In this document: positions 49,101-56,412 of the stretch, in pieces
How the letters are laid out: every line of letters starts with the position of its first letter
Numbering within the stretch: the first letter of the stretch is position 1
Assembly (NCBI GenBank): GCA_000165345.1
Contig: CM000434.1
Coordinates: forward strand, 448,001-512,000
Direction: 5' to 3'
Length of the DNA stretch: 64,000 bases
Notes under the pieces: generated by a model
Databases searched by the model: none
The model's input: only the letters and a program-made list of their open reading frames with translations
What the model was told of the DNA's origin: nothing
Position numbers and translations under genes: made by a program

Positions 49101-51062
49101 AAGAGCCCCGGGAACAAGTCTTGTGCACGAGTCTCCATCCAACGCAGAACCTGGAGGACATTCTGGTGTTTTTGGTGAGGTAGTTGTTTGAACACACTGT
49201 TGATTTTGTAGAGTGAATCCAGTAGGACATACAGTTGAAGCAGGAGAAAATTGGATACAATCGTCTCCATTTGGTAAAAATCCATCTGGGCAGATAGCAT
49301 CGATCATTTTTAGTGCAGTACATTGATTTCCTTGAAGTTTATATCCTGGTGGACATTCTGAAACAGGAGGTGCTTCTTTTATTTGCTCGCATTGGGATCC
49401 AGAAAGTGTATATCCAGGTGGGCATTCTCTGTTTGGTGCGGAGAAAGAAGCACAATTTGTACCATTATCAATAAAACCAGTTGGACATACCATATTTATC
49501 CTTTCAACTTTTTGGCATTGTCCATTTACCAGGTTTGTACCTGGAGGACACTCTGGTTGTGGTGGAGCTTGAGTAGTTTGGGTACATTGTTTTCCAATTA
49601 ATACAAAACCTGTTGGACACTCCTTTTCTGGTTGAGAAAACTGAACACAGTCTGATCCATTGTCGAGATATCCAGGTGGACAAATGGCATCTTCTAGTTC
49701 ATATGAAATACAACTGTTATTTTCCAAGGTTGTACCTGGTGGGCATTCTGTTAATCTTGGAGCAGATTCTGTTTTAACACATTGTTTTCCGGAAAGAGAA
49801 AATCCTTGGGGGCAAATTTTCTCTGGTGCAGAAAATTGGACACAATCTTCGCCATTATCTACAAACCCTGGTGGACAAATTGTATCAACTCTTTCTATCG
49901 ATTGACATTGATCATCTTTTAAAATTGTACCTGGTGGGCATTCGAATTCCATGGGAGCATTTACCATTTGAACGCACCTGTTCCCACTCAATGTAAACCC
50001 GGGTGGGCATTCCTTTGTGACTGGAGAATATTTTACACAATCTTTTCCATTGTCTAAAAATTCTGGTGGACAGATAGCATCGATTGCTTGGACTGAAATA
50101 CAGGCATTATCTTGTAATACTGTACCTGGAGGGCAGACAGGTTGAGTTGGAGCAGAACTAGTTTGTATACATTGGAGGCCTTGTAAAATGAAATTTGGTG
50201 GGCATTCCTTTGCAGGAGCTACATATAGTACACAATCATCTCCTGAGTCTGTATATCCTGGTGGGCAGACCATATCAATATTTTTAATCACTTTACATTT
50301 TCCATTTTCAAATATTGAATTAGGTGGGCATGTCGATTCTAATTCAGCTGATTCTGGTGCCATACATTGTTGTCCTGACAAATTGAATCCAGGAGGACAG
50401 ATTTTATTTGCAGGGAGATATTGAACACATCTATTTCCTTCTTCAACAAAACCAGAAGGACAAACGGTATCAATTTGTTGAATTAATTTACATGTGCCAT
50501 TCTCCAGTATAGTGCCTGGAGGACATTCTGGATTAGGAGGAGCTGTGTCTGATTGAACACATTGTTTTCCAGAAAAAACGAATCCTGGGGGACATGATTT
50601 TTCAGGCATAGTGAATGCAACACAATCTCTTCCATTATCTACGAAACCAGGGGGACATACTGTATCTATCATATGTTTAGAGATACACTCTGTTCCATGT
50701 AATGTAGTACCTGGAGGACAAGATGGTTGTTGAGAAGCGGTTTTAGTAGCAGTACATTGCTTTCCTGATATTTCGTATCCTGGTGGACATTGCTTTAGTG
50801 GTGCTGTTACTATTAAACAATGCCCCTCGTGATAGATTGCTGGTTCCTGACAGAAAGGCATAGGAGGAACCTGGATACGTTGGACACAAACTCCATTCTC
50901 CATTAAATACCCTGGAGGGCAGCTTTCTAGCGGAGTTTCAACATACGTAGGTACCTGGCCTTTTGTGTGTGGCAAAGGGGAAGCTACACCAGGAATGTTG
51001 GGTTTAACCTGAGGCGCACCAAATGCACCAATAATAAACGACAATAATAAAATACGTTTCAT
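46191..51062 (-). CDS. COWP1: Cryptosporidium oocyst wall protein COWP1 (cysteine-rich type I/type II repeat protein with His-rich tracts)
   Basis: 1623 aa. Signal peptide 'MKRILLLSFIIGAFGAP'. Dozens of 'CPPG(Y/F/T)...C' cysteine-repeat units in two arrays, plus His-rich tracts ('HHHHHHHHH', 'HGHSHGHSHS'). The published COWP primers cry-9 (50090..50114) and cry-15 (reverse complement at 50621..50642) match exactly. Confidence 0.9.
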   Translation of the reverse strand: MKRILLLSFIIGAFGAPQVKPNIPGVASPLPHTKGQVPTYVETPLESCPPGYLMENGVCVQRIQVPPMPFCQEPAIYHEGHCLIVTAPLKQCPPGYEISGKQCTATKTASQQPSCPPGTTLHGTECISKHMIDTVCPPGFVDNGRDCVAFTMPEKSCPPGFVFSGKQCVQSDTAPPNPECPPGTILENGTCKLIQQIDTVCPSGFVEEGNRCVQYLPANKICPPGFNLSGQQCMAPESAELESTCPPNSIFENGKCKVIKNIDMVCPPGYTDSGDDCVLYVAPAKECPPNFILQGLQCIQTSSAPTQPVCPPGTVLQDNACISVQAIDAICPPEFLDNGKDCVKYSPVTKECPPGFTLSGNRCVQMVNAPMEFECPPGTILKDDQCQSIERVDTICPPGFVDNGEDCVQFSAPEKICPQGFSLSGKQCVKTESAPRLTECPPGTTLENNSCISYELEDAICPPGYLDNGSDCVQFSQPEKECPTGFVLIGKQCTQTTQAPPQPECPPGTNLVNGQCQKVERINMVCPTGFIDNGTNCASFSAPNRECPPGYTLSGSQCEQIKEAPPVSECPPGYKLQGNQCTALKMIDAICPDGFLPNGDDCIQFSPASTVCPTGFTLQNQQCVQTTTSPKTPECPPGSALDGDSCTRLVPGALQYVCPVGTREGDVCVERSISSPVLECPPGYSLETGKQCVRRSQYDCSVTTYVTECKTPDVKALRRLAAAKETSTVYETSEIQNPGHHHGHSHGHSHSQVIPIQTQNIHTQHHKEAPRPICEDVPKITPKTCTKADSVPAVPICENNAELVGKECVLTNYYPLEAICQDGTRSKECAKFVKTPPTLKCPPGSVDVGSQCQVNKYSPYDLACPAGYALVGDKCATTREKVCPNESCQRVVTAPVSLTCPPGYHQIDEVMNISAHPHHRHLAGVQSTSQKGYSHGHKYTPVISQPPQPVPVVAPIQQMKCIHADHAPYNLICPVGSRLVADKCVTYSDKICPNGNCERIYNEPAELVCPPGFSSSKPIQPISHSHINHPNVSVPVQPQTINQPQVIQQRQVNYQPQVIHQTQEILTTYPTPVYQTGTIYQGHHHHHHHHHRNLASPECIKTISVPYILKCESPFILDGDKCIEKTEKICLQGDCRKQVVVPPTLSCPQGYRNANGIQTAISSKHTAGTHHYSTPSAECVRTIFEEYSLVCSSGFVLLGDRCALFTNKICPNGNCERLISKPANMVCPPGFTRPQSNHHSDHAGHGHGHGNQLLQECTKQIYTPYDLSCPDNYSIIGDKCAIHTVKVCPDGNCEQLIRSPPTMECPPGYYRPQAGVAIRSHGHKASGASQCMRNVYEPYALQCPDGFRLLGDMCQQSTAKVCPNNNCERISYIPPILSCPQNFERSGQRCIANEYADYELACPPGLIVISDKCAKYADKVCPNGDCERIRTFPPELVCPPGYTMEAGVAQGTRRSLGTASNHPHHSSGHHHALGHHHHHHAVTQEVSIVRTTVCSREVFAPYSLSCTADSQLLGDRCARFAPKVCPSGGCEKIESTPVVSSCPSGYVTDQDGTCYIVEYAPFSLTCNDPYTLFDNKECVLVTKPDSRCPDNTEKTSTGCVKKVITTPIVSYETTCIGPTCNAA
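46623..46640. repeat. (ATG)6 / (CAT)6 microsatellite encoding a His tract in COWP1
   Basis: 'atgatgatgatgatgatg' on the plus strand corresponds to HHHHHH in the minus-strand ORF. Confidence 0.8.
47791..47816. repeat. (TGA/CAT)n about 9-unit microsatellite encoding the H9 tract of COWP1
   Basis: 'tgatgatgatgatgatgatgatgatg' corresponds to 'HHHHHHHHH' in the minus-strand ORF. Confidence 0.8.
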
Positions 51063-51316
51063 AATAAAAGAAAAAACTATTTAATGAAATTGACCTAATA
51101 ATTAAATTAGGGCAGATATTCAAATAGTAATTGAAATTATTAGGTAAAAAATTGTTGATTGAGGAAAAACAATAATTCGAGGATACACCTAACGCATATA
51201 CGATACAATTTACACAAATTCGTGAGTGCTCATATTAGAGTTTAATCTAAATTGTTTTAAAGAAACATATGATAATAAACTATCGCTTTGCAATAAATTA
51301 AAATATTGAACTTTCG

Positions 51317-54300
51317 TTGGAATGTGTTTTTTCAATAATTTTTGATCGGATTGTAAATTTATTGGATAAAACCAATCAATTTTTTGGGCGCAATTTTCAG
51401 AGATGGATTACATTAACATTAAATATTATGAATACTGACATACTTGAAAGTAGAAATAATAGAAGGCCAAGATATGTTTCAATTAGCTTAAATAATGATG
51501 AATTAACACATTTTTGTCCATTCTTATCTGATAATGATGAAAAAGTCCTGTTTACGTTGACATGCAATTATCTTTCTTTGGGACAATTTGAGTTAGCAAG
51601 ATCAAGCATACTTCAGCTAAGTTCATTAAACTTTAGAAAGGTGTCTGAGCTACTTTATTCCATAATTTATTATGGTCCTCCCCCAGACTGGCAGCTTTCT
51701 GTCACAATTTCTACATCAGCACATTTTATACTTGCATGCATAAGAGAATATGAATCATTTTTCAGAAATAATACTAAAATTGAAAACTACATAATTAAAA
51801 GGACTGAGTTTGATTTATTAATTGGGCAAATGATAGCGGATATCTCCGATGTTAAAATTAGTTTTGAAATAATTAAGAAATTAAGAAATTTTTATTCCGT
51901 TTTTTTAATTAATGGACTTGACGTCAAAGTTCCAGAACTGAAAATCTTGCCAAAAATTGTTGGATTACCTTCTTATCTTAGCAGGCTTCCTTCATTTTCG
52001 ACAAATTTGAACAAATTATCTGAAAATTTATTGATTGACTTGGCAAATAATCAAGGAAAGTATCTTTCGATTAAAATAATTAATGAAATGTTTGAATGTT
52101 TTAATACATCTCGGAGATATTTTATTAAAATCGCAAAAATACTAATTATGGATCATTCGAATACATTAAAATTCGAGACTAGTTTGATCAAAGACAACTC
52201 AATACTTAAAAATACATTATCTTCTATCAATGTTAGCTTAAATTGGATTGGATTGAAGAATTGCATTATTGATCTGATTTTTTTCAAGGAAAATTGTGGA
52301 ATAATATCCTTAAATTCGCTTGGAGATATGATTTCAAAAAATATTTCAATAATTAAATTAGAAGATATTTTCGAAAATCATGATTTAGAGCTTACTAATT
52401 TTACATATGAAAAAGATGTTTCATCAAAAAACAACTTTACTAAAAATAAAAAGCCAGAGGATGTTATTTCAATAGTATTTATGATATTTTGCATAATAAA
52501 TCTATTTTGTAAATATAAACTGAACAAGGAGATTTTTCTTAAGTTTTTAGCTGACCAAATTGAAATTTTAAAGTCTTGTGAAGATATTTGTAACACATGT
52601 ATATTTGACTCTAGAATAATTTCAAATGTTAAAAGTCTATTTTCAGAAAATCTTCTTAAGCAATTAAGTAATTTTCAAAGCATTCATCAATACTTAAATG
52701 ATATAAATACAGTTAAATTTTTCGAAAATGATACTTATTCTGATCATATTGGAACACTTGTTAATTCAAATTCCGACCAAAATTTATTGTTTAAAATTGT
52801 TTTGGAATTTGACAATATTTTGTTTAATATTAATTTTGGAATAAGTAATTCTTTGGGAATTTTTTCATTACCAAGATATATTGAGAATAAAAATAAAGTT
52901 ACTTTAAATCCTATTTTAACTTACGATTTTTCAATAAATTGTAAATTTGATGAAAAGCCTTTTTTTTGGTGCGAATATTTAAGGTATTTAAATTTATCTA
53001 GAAATAAGTTTGAAGAGCTGCCCATTATTTTTATAACAAATTTATTTGACAAGATTTATAAAACCAAAAGAAATATTAATTCTTTTGAGTCTGCAAATAA
53101 AATTATTCTTTGTTTCCCACATTTAAGAGCAATTTGCGTTCATCTTGGGATGAAAAACGATCCTATTTTTAATTGGGAACTACTTAAGAACATCTGGTTG
53201 CCATTTAGATTAATTAGCAAAAACGAAGAATCACTTGTTGAGAGCAAATCTTTGGAACTCGATCTAGATGAAATATCAAGAAGACATGCAATTTCCATGT
53301 TTATTTCGGAAGAACTTAATTCGAATTTTTGCAGCGAGTTTAGATATAGTTCAAACAAAAATATTAGAAAAATATTTGAAGAAATAACTCTTAAAAAATC
53401 AATTATAAATTATTATTTTGATAATTTTAACTCTTCCAAAAAGTACACAACAATAAATTGGGTTTCACTGGAAGCATTTATTTCAAACATAATTTCTCTT
53501 CCACTAACAATTGGTAGTGATATTTCGTTATTAACAAAAGAAAGAGACTGCATAAAATCATACTTAATACAAAAAGAAGTTTTCGAGACAATTGATGGAA
53601 AGGGAAGTTCAAGCTTTGGGTTAAATTTACAGAACACATCTATTGAAATTGGAAATATTCAAACTGAATACTTTCATAATGAATTAATGTATTGTTTTTT
53701 TTGCCGAATTTTTATTTATTTAAAGAAAATTAAAATAAACAATTCGATTATTCATACTAAAAACAAAAAATTATTCAACATCACACAATTGTTGTACTAC
53801 TTATTTATTTGGAGTGATAGATTATCCAGAAATTTTCAAATTGAAATGCTTCCAGTTATTGAAAAAACTTTTGAAAAAACAATTTTGATGATTGAATTGA
53901 TATTATTTTCATTTCCATTTAATATTCCAAACTTGCCACTACCAAAAAATTTGGAAATTTTTTCTTGGTGGTATCGCTTTATTTTATCAACCCCATCAAG
54001 AGTATTCAATACAGGGAAAACAATAATCCGCTCAAGTAAAAGTTCAGAATATTTTCAAAATTTGTTTAAAGTTAGATGGGTTATTCGCGGAATTTATGAA
54101 AATAATCCATGGTATTCAAATTTATTTAGTTTTGAATCATTTTGTGTTTTAAATTATTACAACAATTCGACTAGAAATAATTACTCAGAAATATTACTTT
54201 TTCCTTCTATTCTTATTCTAAAGCTATTATCTATTCAGAACTATGAAAAATCTATTGAATTAATATTGAGTTCAAAATTTCACGTAAATATAACGCTAAT

Positions 54301-56365
54301 AGTTCTGGACGGTTTTATTTTCCATTCACTCTTTGAGGAAGAAGTAATTAATAATTATTGCAATATTAACAAAATTTATGGAATAATTAAAAACGCGAAA
54401 ACTGAAAGATTAACGAAACTTGATTTATTAAATATTAACAAGATTTCTTTATTTTCGGCAATGGAGGTATTTTCTATATATATTCAAACAAAATTTATCG
54501 ATAATGAAAATGAGATAGGCTGGATATTTTATGCTTTTCCTAAACTATATCAAGCATTCGTATTGATAGATCTCTATATTTGTTTTGGAAATAAAAATTC
54601 CTCAAATTTATTTGAAGATATAGCGAAGGCTAGAGATATGATAGAACAGTACACCAGTAATTTAAATATTAAATACAAGTCAGTGGTTCAAACTACTTTA
54701 GACAGACTTTTTATATTTTATCAGTCTTCCAGCACAATTTCTTTAACAAGATATATAATGGAGATAGATACATTACCAAATCAAAGTTCTCAGATAAAAA
54801 CTCATTTAAGCAGAATTCATGATAGAAAATTAATAACTACAACGTTAACTCAGTCATTAAATTATTTATCTGGCTTTTCTTTAATTAAACCACAAGACGA
54901 AAGTTTAATTAATATTAATCAAATTTTGGAACAAAGTTTATTTTCAAATTTTAATAACTCTAGCTATCTATTTTCAGTAATTCATTATATAAAGTCTATC
55001 ATTTCAGAGTTATTTTTAAATCTGGATAAGCACAAAGCATTTCCAATTTTAGCATTGACTCCAAATGAAATAATTTCCTACTCTTTCTTTGAAAGAAAGT
55101 TAAAAGGAGGTAGTAAGAGACTTTCGAGAATAATGAACGCAGACTTGATCTCTGTTATAATTAAAGCTCTTAATTGTTTTCATTGCTCAACATCAATGTT
55201 CAGGAACAGTGAAATTAGCTCACATAGTGATATGGAATTTCTAATTAAACAGCTTGATCCATTTAAGGGAACATTTGCAATGTTGTCCCACAATATTTTA
55301 CAGTCTAAAGATGTACAATATAGCTATTTTATATGGAAATTCGCCGTCAAGAATCGAATAAACTTTAGTCTTGAAAAAAAACAAATTATTCTAATTTCAT
55401 TGGAATACCGTATCTGGAAATACGATATACATAAGCAGCTTGAATCTAAAATATTTAATGCCAATATAGATAAGTTATCTGGATTCTTTACATCTAAATC
55501 TTTGGAATACTATAATTATTTATTAAAGTGGCTATCGATAATAATTACATTTTTTTCTCTAAATTGTAATGATTTACATCTTATAATGAATAAATTTGAT
55601 AAAACTATTGGTTTAATTAATTATTTATTCCCAATTTATTCTATTAGTCGTACTAATACTGTTGACAAAATTTTGTTTCAGTTATCCAGAGAAATGTTGA
55701 GAAATCAAAATATAATCAACCTACATTTGAATAATTTTAAACGAATAATAAAATTAAATAATCCATATTATCTTTATAGGTTAATAACTAGAGCTCAGGG
55801 AATATCAGATCCATATTTTATTTTGTCAATCATTGAAGTTACTAGCAAAAGTATAAAAAATAGCTATTCTGGAATTAAAAATTCTAAATCAAATAATTTC
55901 AAAAGTAAATTTATTGAAGAAAATATCTATGTAATTTTAAATGTCCAAAGGCTATTTTGTATTTCATATATTAAACATTTTAAAAATAATAGCGATATAT
56001 GGAATGAGTGGTTCATTTTGATTAAAAAGTGGGAAACAACGAAAGGTATAATATCAATGTTGAAATACTCAATAGAAATGAAGATGTTCAGTATAGCAAA
56101 AATTATATCTCAACAATTGCTATTTAAAGTTATAAAGCATTGTGGGGATGTTCAATATACAGAAAAAGAATTGAAACATTTTTTTTCTGGGGATAACTTT
56201 TTTGAAGAAATAGGAAAAGATAATAATTTCAATAATTTTTCTTTAGTTTCAATTGTCAATTATATTATTACAAATATTAGAGATGACAAATTTTTCAGAA
56301 ATATAACTTTATTAAATTATCTAAAGCTGTTGTTTCAAAATGGATTGGTAGTTTCGAAAGTATAA
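51317..56365 (+). CDS. Large (1682 aa) hypothetical protein (possibly the N-terminal part of a roughly 2700-aa gene together with 56413..59409)
   Basis: Uninterrupted 5-kb ORF, N/I/K/L/F-rich, with no recognisable domain. It terminates at 56363..56365 while the downstream ORF's frame is already open from 56287. Confidence 0.6.
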   Translation: MECVFSIIFDRIVNLLDKTNQFFGRNFQRWITLTLNIMNTDILESRNNRRPRYVSISLNNDELTHFCPFLSDNDEKVLFTLTCNYLSLGQFELARSSILQLSSLNFRKVSELLYSIIYYGPPPDWQLSVTISTSAHFILACIREYESFFRNNTKIENYIIKRTEFDLLIGQMIADISDVKISFEIIKKLRNFYSVFLINGLDVKVPELKILPKIVGLPSYLSRLPSFSTNLNKLSENLLIDLANNQGKYLSIKIINEMFECFNTSRRYFIKIAKILIMDHSNTLKFETSLIKDNSILKNTLSSINVSLNWIGLKNCIIDLIFFKENCGIISLNSLGDMISKNISIIKLEDIFENHDLELTNFTYEKDVSSKNNFTKNKKPEDVISIVFMIFCIINLFCKYKLNKEIFLKFLADQIEILKSCEDICNTCIFDSRIISNVKSLFSENLLKQLSNFQSIHQYLNDINTVKFFENDTYSDHIGTLVNSNSDQNLLFKIVLEFDNILFNINFGISNSLGIFSLPRYIENKNKVTLNPILTYDFSINCKFDEKPFFWCEYLRYLNLSRNKFEELPIIFITNLFDKIYKTKRNINSFESANKIILCFPHLRAICVHLGMKNDPIFNWELLKNIWLPFRLISKNEESLVESKSLELDLDEISRRHAISMFISEELNSNFCSEFRYSSNKNIRKIFEEITLKKSIINYYFDNFNSSKKYTTINWVSLEAFISNIISLPLTIGSDISLLTKERDCIKSYLIQKEVFETIDGKGSSSFGLNLQNTSIEIGNIQTEYFHNELMYCFFCRIFIYLKKIKINNSIIHTKNKKLFNITQLLYYLFIWSDRLSRNFQIEMLPVIEKTFEKTILMIELILFSFPFNIPNLPLPKNLEIFSWWYRFILSTPSRVFNTGKTIIRSSKSSEYFQNLFKVRWVIRGIYENNPWYSNLFSFESFCVLNYYNNSTRNNYSEILLFPSILILKLLSIQNYEKSIELILSSKFHVNITLIVLDGFIFHSLFEEEVINNYCNINKIYGIIKNAKTERLTKLDLLNINKISLFSAMEVFSIYIQTKFIDNENEIGWIFYAFPKLYQAFVLIDLYICFGNKNSSNLFEDIAKARDMIEQYTSNLNIKYKSVVQTTLDRLFIFYQSSSTISLTRYIMEIDTLPNQSSQIKTHLSRIHDRKLITTTLTQSLNYLSGFSLIKPQDESLININQILEQSLFSNFNNSSYLFSVIHYIKSIISELFLNLDKHKAFPILALTPNEIISYSFFERKLKGGSKRLSRIMNADLISVIIKALNCFHCSTSMFRNSEISSHSDMEFLIKQLDPFKGTFAMLSHNILQSKDVQYSYFIWKFAVKNRINFSLEKKQIILISLEYRIWKYDIHKQLESKIFNANIDKLSGFFTSKSLEYYNYLLKWLSIIITFFSLNCNDLHLIMNKFDKTIGLINYLFPIYSISRTNTVDKILFQLSREMLRNQNIINLHLNNFKRIIKLNNPYYLYRLITRAQGISDPYFILSIIEVTSKSIKNSYSGIKNSKSNNFKSKFIEENIYVILNVQRLFCISYIKHFKNNSDIWNEWFILIKKWETTKGIISMLKYSIEMKMFSIAKIISQQLLFKVIKHCGDVQYTEKELKHFFSGDNFFEEIGKDNNFNNFSLVSIVNYIITNIRDDKFFRNITLLNYLKLLFQNGLVVSKV

Positions 56366-56412
56366 TTGGATTTTTAAATAGTAATATTGGTATAGATGAA
56401 AAATATATTATT

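Noticed and set aside
46191-51062. Highly periodic DNA in 46.2-51.0 kb could be taken for a CRISPR or satellite array
   Set aside because: The periodicity is at the protein level (CPPG cysteine repeats of COWP1, variable unit lengths, continuous 4.9-kb ORF); the DNA units are not identical and there is no spacer structure.
56348-56395. Attempts to join the 1682-aa and 998-aa ORFs with a conventional intron
   Set aside because: The plausible GT...AG pairs tested in the junction (donors 56348, 56351, 56360; acceptors 56381, 56395) give intron lengths of 0 or 1 mod 3, not the 2 mod 3 required; the 56395 acceptor additionally leads into a frame with an immediate stop.
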